Of a stretch of 64,000 nt of DNA, positions 26,391 through 41,200 are shown piece by piece. Each line of letters opens with the position of its first letter. Position 1 is the first letter of the stretch. The stretch lies in assembly GCF_009914755.1 (NCBI RefSeq), contig NC_060933.1; one strand, given 5' to 3'. The notes below the pieces were generated by a model that saw only the letters and a program-made list of their open reading frames with translations, made no database searches and was not told the DNA's origin. Source of the DNA: the human T2T-CHM13v2.0 reference genome, Homo sapiens. Position numbers and translations under genes: made by a program.

Positions 26391-26534
26391 AATTATAGGT
26401 TTTTTAAGACTTGAGTATTCATTTAGTGGAGGCAAATAAAGTTACTATGCTTCTTAATGCCTCTTCTAAATTTCCATGTACCTTTTAACTTAGAGAAAGC
26501 CAAGGAATTGTTGATCTGGTATACCAATGCCATC

Positions 26535-26960
26535 TGTCTTAGTTAATTTTCTGTTGCTAAAATAGAATACCTGAGACTGAGCAATTTGTAAAGAAAATAA
26601 GTTTAGTTGTCTCACAGTTCTGAAGGCTGGGAGGTCCAAGTGCATGCTAGCAGTTTCTGGCATAGGCTTTCATACTGTGTCATAACATGGTAGAAAAACA
26701 GAAGGGCAAGACAGTGAATGTAAAAGAGACCAAACACGAGGGTGGCCTTACTTTAACAGCCTGCTGTCTTGGTAAATTATCCAGTCACTTGAGAGCAAGA
26801 ACATACTTATTCCCTCAAGAGTTAACAGGATCAAACAAGAGTGGCATTATTCTCTCTCAGTGACTTAATCACATCTTAAAGATCCCACCTCCCAACACTG
26901 CTACACAGGGGACCACATTTTTCACATGTGAATTCTGGGAGACACACACGAACAATAGCA
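26535..26960 (-). mobile_element. MaLR solo LTR, MST family (MSTC-like)
   Basis: TGTCTTAGT...AATAGCA termini, CTCACAGTTCTGAAGGCTGGGAGGTCCAAG motif; TSD CCATC/CCATT. Confidence 0.85.
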
Positions 26961-26979
26961 CCATTCTTACCAGTTATAG

Positions 26980-27600
26980 GAAAGTTAATTAAAACCACAA
27001 TGGGATACCACAGTATACCCAACAGAACAGCTAAAACAAAAATCTCTGATAATTATTACCAAGTGATTATAAAGATATAGAGCTACTAGAACTCTTATAC
27101 TATGTCAGTGGGAATACAAATTGGTTTAACCTTTTGGGAAACTAGCATCTGTCTACCAACAAGCTTTTAAGCCACATAAACACAATTGTACAGCAAGAGA
27201 AATTTTCACACACATGTCCCAAAAGACATGTATAAGTATGTAAGGTCCAAAATCTGGTCATGATGAAATACATTGAAAATTAAACTATTGCCACACATAG
27301 GAATCTCACAGCATAATATTGAGACCAAGAGGCCACACATAAAACAAGTATAAACTCTATTATTACATTTATAAAACTCAAAAGCAGGCTAAATAATCTA
27401 TAGTATTAGAATTCAAGAAAGGTGTTGCCTTGTGAGGGATTGGAATTTGTGACTTGGAAAGAAAAAAGAGGGCCCTTTCAATGGTGTTCATTATGTCTTA
27501 TTTCCTAATTTGAGTGGTATTACACAGGTTTGTAGACATTCTGATAATTCATTTAGCTATTCATTTATGATTTGTGCACTGTTCTCATGTATGTTCTGAT
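26980..27600 (+). mobile_element. L1ME-like 3' fragment
   Basis: AAAACCACAATGGGATACCAC and GTGGGAATACAAATTGGTTTAACC, with an old-L1 3' UTR ending ATGATTTGTGCACTGTTCT. Confidence 0.7.
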
Positions 27601-28786
27601 ACAAATATTGCTTAACCTATGATACATGGTTATTTTATATACCAGAAAACAGAAGAGACTAAAGTTAAAAAATAAAAAATTACTTCTTATTCCACTAGTG
27701 CATTGACTTCAAGTTTTTTTTTTTTTAATATGTAGGTTCACACATGAATAATTACTCAGTATTGGTAGTTTTTCTAGGTTAACACAGATTATCAAAATAT
27801 GTTAAGGGAATCAAGAAAATCTTGAATAGACTAATAACCATAGAAGCATGAGAAATTAAAAAAGAAACTGTCAGACCGAAGATAATCTTTGTCTAAGTTT
27901 ACTATTAGGTTGTCCTAACGTTTAAAGAATAAGTAATTTCCATGCAATACAAAAAATCGTAGACCACAGCAAATATTTAGATTAAAAAAACCCTTTCCAT
28001 TTATTTCTTCAACAAGTTTTTTTTCCCTTGCAACTGTTGGATTAGTGCTCTTTTTTTATTTATTTTGGTCTCTTGTTTTCATAAATAATTACCTACACAT
28101 TTGTTTCTGTTTTCCATACTGGTCATATGTTTTCTCTCATTATTTTCATAGTTTATCTTTGCCCTCTGCAGTTCTGAAGAAACTGAGTGCTCCTTCAGTT
28201 TCCTTTGCACAAATCTGATTCTGTTATTTGTTGCCTCCAAAGACAGATATCATTCTTCTGTAACATTTTTGTTTCTTTTCAATTGTCTGTACTTTAATAT
28301 ATCCAATCTCTGTGTTTTTTATTTCTGAGTCATTCAATGCATACACAAGGATGGAAAACAATTTTCTAAAACATTTTTTCTGCTTTCTGTATTAACTCTT
28401 GCTTTATATATGCTTTTCCTCTGAGACTTTAATTTTCCATGTCAAGTAATTACTACTGACAACGAGTTTTGCTTTAATGGTCTTGTTATTTTTTTCTTTA
28501 CTGATCTGAGATTGTGATAAAAATCTATTGAAGTGTAGGGTTTTCTAACAGACAAGTGACAAGATTGACCATTAGCCCTTGGTTCTACTGATAACTTGTT
28601 TTTTTTTCAGCAGAAAGCTTCTAAGCTTCACAGTTGAAGAGTAGATTGTTATGAAGAAATTCAGGCCCAAATTCCAATGAGTAGCAGCATTCAATTAATG
28701 CAATTCTTCTAGAATTGTTGGTAGATGGATCATCGTCTTTCCCCATTCTGTGGTCGTCTCACCTTGATCTGATAAAATATCTAGAG

Positions 28787-28787
<1 letters not shown>

Positions 28788-28818
<31 letters not shown>

Positions 28819-28838
28819 ACACATACACACACACACAC
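28788..28838. repeat. (CT)n(CA)n compound microsatellite
   Basis: Read directly from the sequence. Confidence 0.95.
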
Positions 28839-30799
28839 TGTGAGCATGCACACATTACTACTGTCTCTATTCCCACTACTGTAACACCTACAGTGCTTTT
28901 GGGACTATATCTCTTTCCCGGGACATACTGCATTACTGTAAGTTCTTCCTTCCTTTCTTCCCTTTTCAGAGGGAGCAGAAAAAGTAATCACTTTTTCTGT
29001 AGATGTAGAGGCACTGATTGAAGAAAGGTGCCCATGTATGACTGCTTAATTTTCTGAGTGATACAAATCTTGGATCTTTGAGTCATGGGGAAGAAACACA
29101 GGGTCTCTCTACATTACTTAAGGCCATAGGTTTTCTTTACTTTAGTTTGTGAATTTCAATTTAGCAATGTAGAGTCTTCCCAGAAACTAATAATAGGTTG
29201 ACTGAAAGTGTCAGTTTTGAATATTATCATAAAATGTCATCTTTCTCTGGGCCCTTACAGCCATTTTAAGCTAAATCAAGCACTGCTAAGAAAAAAAAAC
29301 TTATTTCTGACATCTTAAACTATGATAAAAAACATTCCATCAGCATCATTTTGAGAAAAATTCAATCTTCCTTTAATGTTTACTCACAACCAAAAGCTAT
29401 TCCCGAACATCTGTGTAATATTACTTTGACACAGATGGTAAAATAATTATTAATAAAATAGCACATGTAAATATTTGGATCCATTTCAGTAGAACTGAGA
29501 AAGCCACAAAATCATCTTACAAAGTAAATTTTCATTGCTGACTCAATGTGCATTTTACTTTGCACCAAAAGTGCTGCAATTTTCTTTGGTAGTTTTGAAA
29601 TGAACAAGTAACATTTATTTTCAAGCCCCTTCAATGTAGTGTGCAAATGAGTTCATTTTTATTTCACAGGAGGCCAGGATCCACCTTTATCTCTTAGAAT
29701 TGTACACAGGTCGGTAAACTGCTTTGAACTGACAAGGTCTAGTCTCCTAAATACAGCTTAACTTACCTTCTCAAAGAATAAAAAAAGAAAAAAGAAGAGA
29801 CATAAAAAAATCTTGAGAAAGTTTTTCAAAAACATAACACATATTGAATTTTTAGAAGTCTAGATGTCTTATAAATCAATGTAGAATAAGTCATTTCTAC
29901 AGGCTTCCAAATGTTTCCCCTAATTTTTTAATGTCAGTTGTTTCATACTACTCTTTTATAATTTTTGTCATTTTTCATTTTTCTTGCACCAGTTTCATTT
30001 TAACAATTTGGAAGTTGATCTTCTTGTCCCTTGGACCATACAACAGGTTTGTTACTGTGTGTTCAGGCAGCCAAGGGTACTATGAGAAGTCCTGGACTAG
30101 GAGATGGAAAATCTAGATTGAGTGTTTCACTTGCATCACATGAGTTTTACCAGTGCTGTATGGTCAGCTGTCACCTGTCTGTATGGTCAGGCTGGTGTCA
30201 ATTTGCAAACAATAACTGGTCTGCACCATGAGGATTATGGATATTGGGAGAAAGTATGAAAAATGTTATATAAATGAGGTAATTTTTTGTTTGTAGAATG
30301 ATAATAAATAAGAATAAAAATATAAATCTGTATATTTTCTGTCTTCTTTTTATCATTTCATTTTTTCTAGCAAGTTTTAGTAATTTTACAAAAACATTCA
30401 ATCTACAATGCATTAAAAATAAACTGACTCTTAACCCACAGAGAGTCTGAGAAGCACTGAGCTCTAATACATCCAGAGAGCCAATTAGTCTCTCAGAACC
30501 TGAATTTATCTGTAAAAATATGAATAATGAACTCCACCCTGCATTTTTTACAGAGTATGTGAAAACTAAACACAATTACGTATTCATAAGCTATTTATAC
30601 CTATAAGGCCTCATATAAATATACAGTCATCATATACTAAGTAATAATTATTTGTGAAGTAGCATGGCATCTCAGCTAAAAGAAGCCTGGCATCTATTAG
30701 ATACTAAAGGTTTTTATACTTTTTGTATAAATACAAAAATAGAAATTTTGGCAGTGGATACAATTGCACACAAAATAACTGTCTCAGGGAGCAGCATAT

Positions 30800-31150
30800 G
30801 ATTTAAAGGCAAGTCACATCATCTGTTAATAGCAAACTTTCTTTATCTATAAAACAAGGGTAATTATGACTATTAATTTTAGGTTGAGGTGAGGTTGAAA
30901 TAATACACGAAAGTATTTAGTGGTTATTACTTGGTATGTGAAAAGTATTAAGTATTAGTCTTATATCTTTAAGCTCTTTATGCTAAGAAAACTACTGAAT
31001 TCTTTATATGCAATGTCTTAGTTAATCCTTATAAAAAGTTTAACCAGACAACAACAATAATCTCCATTTTAAAATAGGGAAACGAAGATTCAAACAACGT
31101 CAGCAACTTCCACAGTCCTACACAGCTACTTTAAATCCATGTCTGTCTAT
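30800..31150. mobile_element. Two MIR fragments in opposite orientation (+ ~30800-30960, - ~30980-31150)
   Basis: GGCAAGTCACATCATCTG...TATCTATAAAACAAGGGTAAT on +, then ATCTCCATTTTAAAATAGGGAAACGAAGATTCA on -. Confidence 0.6.
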
Positions 31151-31600
31151 AAAAAAATGTGGTCAAGTTTCCCATAGAATACTACCTCCCTAAAGTCTTC
31201 CAAGTCATGAAAATACATTTCACAGGGTACATTTTAGAAGCTTTCTCATTTTATTTATAAACTATGCAGACTTTTTGCATAAGACACAGAATCGAAAGAT
31301 ATCCTGAAACCTAGAAAAAGAGACCCACTTACCAGTTTGAATTGTTGGGCTCTTCATGCTGGTAGTGGCCACTTTCGGTGCTCTGCTCTGAGCTTCTTCT
31401 CATAACCCTATTTCCAGGCTGCCAAAAAATAGGAAATGAAAAGAAAAATGACACTCGCTTGCTTCAAGAAGGATTTTACTATATTAATGGCCATAACGGT
31501 AATAATTAACATATATAGTATTTGTTTTATAAAGGTTTGAAAGAAACACAGTAGGGATTAATTCACTTCACATGTGTGTGGTTTTCCATTTTGAAGTTAA

Positions 31601-31967
<367 letters not shown>

Positions 31968-32609
31968 TATTTTCTTGTTTTATTAAATAGATGAATAAAG
32001 GAAACTCATGTTTAAAGCCATTCATATATTTGAAGATCTGTGTACTTAAACTCCAGAAGGCAAAATGGTATTTTGTTATAACGTAATGAAGAGAAAACAG
32101 ACCGGAAGGAGACAAGACTTGCTGTGTCCGTAAACCTGCTTTCAAAGGTTAAAATCTGACAATGTGGTCAGCATGCAAGTCTAAGATTATTCTTTGTCGT
32201 TTATGTATTTAATATACTGGACAAGTCAAAAACAGTAATGATTAATTTATTAAGGAAAATTTAAATCCAATCAGTTAAAAACTGGAATCTGCTTTTGGAA
32301 TTGTAAAGTTGTAAAAGGAAATGAGATGTTCTTTTCAGGATTAGAATATGACATTTCCATTTTCTTGATCAATCATTTCCTTCTTCCCCTACTCCACACC
32401 AGCTCCCTTCAGTGAACCACAGAAAGAGAGAAAGATAAGTTGGCAGAAAACAGTAGAAACTATTCTAGGATCATTTTCACTCTCTCAAAAGAACTATAAT
32501 GAGGAAAAAAATGCTTTCTGAAAATAATTAGAATGTCAATCACTTTCCTTAAACTTCATGTTTACATATCAGATTTCCTACATGACACTGCCACTTGTGT
32601 GACCAATGA

Positions 32610-32840
32610 TAATGGCAATAATTACGTATTGTTTACACTGTATCATGAACTGTTCTTAGTATTTTAGGGTATGATCTAATTTAATATTTACAAAAACCCT
32701 GGAAGGCAGGTGTTATTAATATCCCTACTTTTAATGATGAGAAAAATGAGGCACAGTTTAAGTGAATTATTCAAGATCCACAGCTAGTAAAAAAAACAGG
32801 GTAGGATTTGAACTTTTTCAGAACCCATTCTCTTAATCTT
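32610..32840 (-). mobile_element. MIR SINE
   Basis: GATGAGAAAAATGAGGCACAG...AAGATCCACAGCTAGTAA...GGATTTGAAC. Confidence 0.8.
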
Positions 32841-32859
32841 CAAGGTATTCTATTACCTT

Positions 32860-33500
32860 TCAAACTTGACCCAAATTGAAATTCTCCATTTTCCTCATAT
32901 ACCTTCTTAAGTCTTCCCCCATTTTCTAGGAAACTGAAACATTTGCCTTGTATTCAAGCCAGAAATGTAGGCATCTCCTTGATACCTTTCTTTTCCATGT
33001 GATTTTACAGGCTAATTATAGCTAATACCCATATAATTCACTTCAATACTCCAATTGAAGCTACCATCATCTATCCCTTAGAATATAGCAAGAGCTTTCT
33101 ACCTGTTCTCACTGATCCCACGCTTGACACCTTCTACAATAAATTGCTCACATAATTCATAGCGTAAATCATCATTTTACTTCTTTGGTTAAAATTATTC
33201 AATGGCTTTTTATTGCACATGGAATAAAATACAATGATCTATTGTGGTCTACAACTTCTGAAATGAGCTGGCTGCAGCCGATCTCTCAAACATTACCGTA
33301 TATAGTTCTTTTCCATTTTTCCACTAACTCATTTTCTAATAAGCCATGGTCTTCAGCAACTAAGGACTTTGGGAATCAACCCTGGAAGGCTCTGAGACTG
33401 GATACTTTTCATCCCACAGGTCTCAGTTTAAAAGTCACTTACTCAAAGAGAGTCTTTCCTTCCATCATAACCTACAGCCATGTTTTAATTTATCTGTTTA
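32860..33500 (+). mobile_element. LINE-2 3' region
   Basis: CAAGCCAGAAATGTAGGCATCTCCTTGA and TCTCAGTTTAAAAGTCACTTACTCAAAGAGAGTCTTTCC. Confidence 0.7.
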
Positions 33501-33751
33501 ATTATCTATTATCTCTCCTCCTCACTGAAGAAACCAGTAACTGTCAAATAGCGCTGAAGTAAGCTTGTGCAATGAGGCATCAGAGTGATTATTTCAGGAC
33601 ATATATATTGATTTTATTTATACCAAACAACAACATTTATATGTGATTTTAACTAGCAGCATTTGTTTTTTTCCTATCTGAATCATTCTACTAAAATATT
33701 TGCAGCCCTCTAATCTTTGTTTCTGTTTTTTTTTCTCAGTTTGATTTAAAG

Positions 33752-33921
33752 CATTGCTTCTCAAGCTTAAAACAAATATGAGTTACATGGAGATTTATAG
33801 GCACATTCATCAAACTGCAGATTTTTCATTCAGTGAGTCTAGGGTAGGGCTGCAGAATCTGTATCCATCACATAGGTTACTCTGATGGTGTTGATCTACC
33901 CACCACATTTTGAGTAACAAG
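33752..33921. mobile_element. MER5-like hAT MITE
   Basis: CATTGCTTCTCAAGCTT...GATTTTTCATTCAGTGAGTCTAGGGTAGGGCTGCAGAATCTG...CACATTTTGAGTAACAAG. Confidence 0.65.
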
Positions 33922-35236
33922 AATTCAGAAGATAGGTCACAGTTTTAGATGGTTTCAGAAAGATTCTTGAATGATTCCTATTGTATATTTCTGTGTGTTT
34001 GTGTGTGTTTTCCATGTGCAAAAATACTATTATAACAATAAGTTTTTTAAACGTACATTTTCCTCTTCAGACAAATGCCATTCCTGTGAGATCAACAATA
34101 CATCACTAAGTAGTTAACAAACCATACATACTTCTTCTCTTATTTACTTTGTAATTTGTCAATAATTCTGAATAAAGATTGTCCTTGCCTTGAAGATAAG
34201 TGTGCACCCTGATGTCACCTAATGCAGACACCTTTAAATTTAATAACACATGAAATATATAAAATACTGGAATTTTGTAATTGACCAATATTTGAGCTAA
34301 CTTCTGCACTTTTCTGTGCTTTTTTCTATATTTCTGATTCCTTTTACAGTATACATTTTAGCTTTCATTCATGAAGTCCTATAATACATTGTGGTAAATA
34401 TGTGTGTTTATATACTTTTATGTACTTATGTTATTTCATTTAATTGATAAATTGATGAAATTAAAGTTAAAAGTAGTAGTTATCATTTTGGGCTCTTACT
34501 AATGGCGAGGCACTGTATTAGTGCTTTGTATATATTAACTATCATTACAAAAATGAACTATTAATACATAGAGACAGAATTTTGGGATGGAAGAATTAGT
34601 TCAAGCATATATGTTTTAAAAGTGGCAAAAATGATATTAAATTCAGTTATGCTCAGCCTTGTTTTTATAATCAAGGGAAATTTAATTTTTTTTTAAAGAA
34701 TCATATCTCTGCTAGAAGATATTTTAGGTAGCCAATTATATTACAAAAGAGAACATAGGAACTAGCTTTGTATTATATACTTTATTAAAGGACAATATGC
34801 CAAAATAAGAAGTGTTTGCAAAAGCACAGGAAATGTCATTATAAATTTTACAGAATACTGATTACAGTCGTTATTTCCAAAATTTAGCAAAAGATCATTT
34901 TGTTGCTAAATATTACTGCCAAAGATCTTTCTGAAGGCATAGGTTTTAATCAATTTTGAAAGAATGAAATAAAATAAGTAGATGTTTAATAATGGCAGAC
35001 CCATGTAATACATAAATGCTTATGTCTGACATATTTTTCATTTAAGAATGATAGACCAGGTGACAAGAATATGCTTATTTCTTACTTGTCTTTTCAGCAA
35101 AATTTCCAAACAACAATGTATTTCAGGAACATGTGTCTAGTTCCTTTAAAGAACAGTCATTGGTCCTATCTATAATGACTATTTCTCCCATATAAGTACC
35201 ATACTGAAGAATGTCTTAACTACTGGAACCATGTCA

Positions 35237-35238
<2 letters not shown>

Positions 35239-35276
<38 letters not shown>

Positions 35277-35320
35277 TGTATGTGTGTATGTGTATATATA
35301 TGTAGGTATATATATATGTA
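35239..35320. repeat. (TG)n grading into (TA)n microsatellite
   Basis: Read directly from the sequence. Confidence 0.95.
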
Positions 35321-36955
35321 CATTTTGAGAGAAACTTAAATAGGGTTACTTCCTAAGCAAAATTTCAACCACCATAATAAATTGCTATTATTTGTTTTGA
35401 TAGATTATGTAATGCTATGATTTCTGTGAGGTTCATTTACGTTTACAAAGAGTTGCTATTATAATCATTGTAGGTCAATAATGGTTTCACTTAGATTCAA
35501 TTATCAAAACAAGAACTTTTAACAACACAGGAAAGACAAGGTATTTGCCCAATGGGTTAGTATGGCTCTTTTCTAAGAGAGGTTTAATAAGAGCTGGTCA
35601 GTTCATTTTCTTCATTATTTGAGACCCACCTTATGATTTTCTTTGCACATATGTTCAAATGCTATCTTCAATAATTTCTTTGAAAGGAAACACTTAAGTG
35701 CCTTCATAATATAAAGCATCTTAATTCTGATTATGTTTGAAAGCCAGTTATTCAGAGAAATTTATTCTTTTTCAAGAGCAGATGGGAACAGGCTCAAGGA
35801 ATCCATGGCAGAAGACACAAACATGGAAGTAAAATGACAATTGTTTAGGTAAATTTCTGATAGGAATAAAGAGAAAAATAAATTGTAGATTGAAGTGTTT
35901 GTTTGTTGGAAGGGAAAACAAGGTTAAAAATTAAAGGGGGAAACTATTGCCAGGAGGAAGAATTCAGTAACTTTAATATCCTTCAGTTAATGTCTTACTG
36001 GAATAACTTACCACCTCACCTTGCAACTGGCTTCTCAGATTTCAGTCTCTTTCTTGTGCAGTCTACTCCTAAAATGCTTTCAGGCTTTCTATCCAATTTT
36101 CTTACTTTATTTTACTTTCAATTTTTTTTGTTAGTATCCTATCTGTCCTTTTAGGCCCTGATTCCCTTCTATAACATATAACTTTATAGAGGGTTAATTG
36201 ACTTTCCTGAAGAAACAAAAGGCATTGCGACTTCTCTATTTCTATGGCTCCAACCACCTCTTGCCCCTTACTGCAACAATTTCTCAACTAAGTCATCTGC
36301 CTCAACAACAGTCCTGCCTCCTTTTCATACATCAATTTTGTTCCCAATTTCACCAGATTAAATTCTCCAATCCAAAACTATAATGTTGTCAACTCATTAT
36401 CAAAAGATTTCTCAAGCTCCCCTGTGTAATACAAGGTTGGAGAATGGGAGCCATTTCTAACTCCAAAGCCTGGGCTCAAAGTCTTCAAATGTCTTTGATT
36501 TACCTTCTTGGGCTCATTTCCTATGTGCAAATTCATAATGCAAAAGTGTATTGCAAATAGTTAAGATCTTCATAACTGTGACTAAATTCATGCTCAGAAA
36601 AAATATGCAAAATAATTATTAATATCCATATTTTGTAATGAGACAATTGAAACATGGAGATGTTATGGCTACTCTAAGCCTTTAGTTAACCTAATAAATA
36701 GTAGTAACCAGGCCTTCTACCTCCACAGCCTATACGCACCAAAATTTATTTGTCCTCTAATTTGCATGATTAGCCACTTCTTTAAATACTTTATTTTCCT
36801 TTCTCTGAAGACAGATTTGTGCATATTTATATTCAGAGGAACATTCCTTTGAGTCTCTTTATTTTCAAGTATTTGTCACCTTCCAATATCTAGATCAAAT
36901 GCTAACTCCCTCTATTACTTTCAACTGGAAATGCTGTCGCCCTCCTCTGTGTAAG

Positions 36956-38296
<1,341 letters not shown>

Positions 38297-41200
38297 TAAG
38301 AAAGATTTTTCTACCTAGCCCATGTTGCTCTGTTCCAAGATAACTTTATTACCTGGTGGTAGTTACCTAAATTGCAGGCACATTGTAAAGAAGAATTAAA
38401 TAGTCTCAAATACAGGATTTGCATTTCAAAACCTAAAAGGTGCAAGGTATTGGAATCCCATTTCAGCTATACAAGTTCAGGATAGGTAGATTCATTTAAT
38501 ATAAAACAACTTTTGTTAGCATTCAGATTGTTTCTCCTTAACTCTATTATCATCATTTGTCTAGCTCTTCACTACTGTTGAAAATCTTGCTGATATTCCT
38601 ATCTCCAAAGCAATGGACTATCTGCTGATAAAGTGTTTATTTTGTGTACTGCAGGCATTTTGGAAATAGCTCTTGGATCAAACTAAATGAGTTCCAGTAT
38701 AAATAAAGAACCTAAGACATTGCAGGTGGCACTCAGCAAGATATTGGTGTGACAGCTAGAGATGCGGTGTGACCCTCTGCAAATGATGTTTTGTATTGAG
38801 TGCAGGGTCTAATAAAATGAGTTCCATCATGGAACTTTTGTGCTCATTGAAATCTGTTTTAAACCTAAATATGAGGTTTCACTGCTGCTTTAGTGACAGG
38901 AAAAAAAAAAAGATAAAAAAAGAACTGTAACTAGGATGGTAGCTTGAGTCACATTCAGGCCTTAAAATAACTGTTAAGTATGTACTTTCTATTGTAATCA
39001 AAGTGAGAAGTGAAATAATATTTGTATTATATATGTTGTCTCACTGTGGCATTATTTCAAATATACTGAAACATGATTTACTTTATTCTAAAACTTATGG
39101 CACATTTTACAGTTTGATTCATTTCCTAACATTTTCAATGCTGTAGTTCATTAAATTATACTTGTTTCATATAAGCCACCAAGAACATCCACTGTTAACC
39201 TAAAAAGATTGGGAGGAAAAGGATTGTTTTAAACACATTCTATTTCCTTCATGTAGATCAATGAAGACAGCTTCCTAAAGAACTATATTTTCCTCACTGT
39301 TGCAGGAAAAGCTTCAGATTATGGTAACTTAAGTAGAGAGAAAGAAATACCACCTCAATATACCAGGCTAAGCTTTATCTACAGCCTGGGCATTTAATTA
39401 GGGGTTCTAGTGTCAGCAACAGCTTCCAGTAGCATGGTCTTTTTTAAAGTACCCTTCACCTGAATGAGGTGAGTAAGAATTGCTGATGAGGTTTGACTAT
39501 CATCCATTGGGAATAGCCTAATGACTCACATAATTACACAGTCTTCAAGTAATAAGCGACTCAGTTTGTCCAGTCTATCTCCCATTCAATGTGGAGTATA
39601 CCAGCTTTTGTTGACAAGGAGGGCCCATAATGTGGTTCTCTTAGCACCAAGAATGGAGCTTGAAACAGCAGCTCCAACTGTTGGATAAATCTGTTTATAT
39701 AGAGTGGAAGGCTTGTACCTGTCATACATCCGTCCAAGTTTTGCCCTCTAGAACTATACAAAATACACAGAATCCCAGTTTCATGAGGCAGCTCTTCAAG
39801 TAATTGAAGGAAGTTATCACTGCCCTGCAGGATATAGAACATCTTTCAGACTCAACATCACCACTTTCTTGAATACAAAATGGCAGCCACATTCCTCACG
39901 TGACATGTTTGTAGATACTTCACTATTCTGGTCACCCTCTTTTGGATGTACTTCAATTTGTCAATGTCTCCTTTTAAAATACATTGAACACTGTATGACA
40001 TTTCTGGAGCTACTAGCAGACATGGAACACCATGAGAATAACTAAATTTATCTGGCTTGTGACTAGTGACAAGGTCTAAACTTAAATAAAATTTCTATTT
40101 CCCAAAAGTGGTCAGAGAAGGAACTTTACAATATTAATGGATTAAAAATTCAACTTTAAGTCTGCTGGTGTTACAAAGTAGTGTCAGAGAGAGACATCAT
40201 CTACAGGGTGTTGTGAGCAACCCACAGACAACACTTCAATCAATTGTCTGTTAAGTCTCCAAAATATTGAACTCTTAGAGAGGGATGGAAAGAACATCTG
40301 TCAGAGAAAGGACATCTAGGTCATGACTCTCCCCTCAAACAGCTCAGTAAACTTGAACAAGTCACTAATGCCTGTGGTTCTCAGTTTCTCCATTATCAAG
40401 TGAAAGCGTTGACTAAATCATCTCTAAGATTCCATGTAAACCATAATATTTCCTGGTAAGGGATTTCAATGATTCCCAACTTCTTATTTGTCAGAAATCA
40501 TTCTAAAATCCTGTCTTTGATTACAATTTGACCCAAATTTAAATAGTTTTATCTTCAATAAAAAGCTGAGAAAAGTGCTTCAGCAGTTCCTCCAGTCTTC
40601 CTACTTACTGGTTCATTGGCTGATTCACTAAGCAACTTACTTTATTATATACTATGAGCACAGCACAGTGCATGGCACTCCGGATGATACAAAGTAATAT
40701 CATTACAGCTGTTTCTCTTGAAGAACCTACAGTCTAGTTATGTAGATATACCTACACCATAACCTAGCTAGACTATAATATGCTACAATTTAAAGTGTAA
40801 AAGTATGAGTATCAAGTAAATGATAATGACATTAAATAATAGTAGAATCAGAGGAGAGAAAGCTCATTATAGGCTGAAGAGATGAAAAATACCTCATGAA
40901 GGATATATAAGGAGACAGTATAAGTTGATGAGGTAGGATTTTGATATCTGAGAGAGGGAAGTATTTGTGTACTGATAAGATAAAGCATATTTCTTGATAA
41001 AGAGTCTTCCATTGCTCTAGAAATTATGTGGCCACAGCATGCAACAACCCTGAAACATGGTTGCTGAAACCAACCCCTTGTACACATATTTCCACCCTGC
41101 TTAGTTAGCAAGATACAACCATCAGTCACAAGGTTTGACACTCCCATGGGGCCTGTGCAGCCCTGTAACTATTAGGAGACCTAAGAACAAGAGGAGATAT

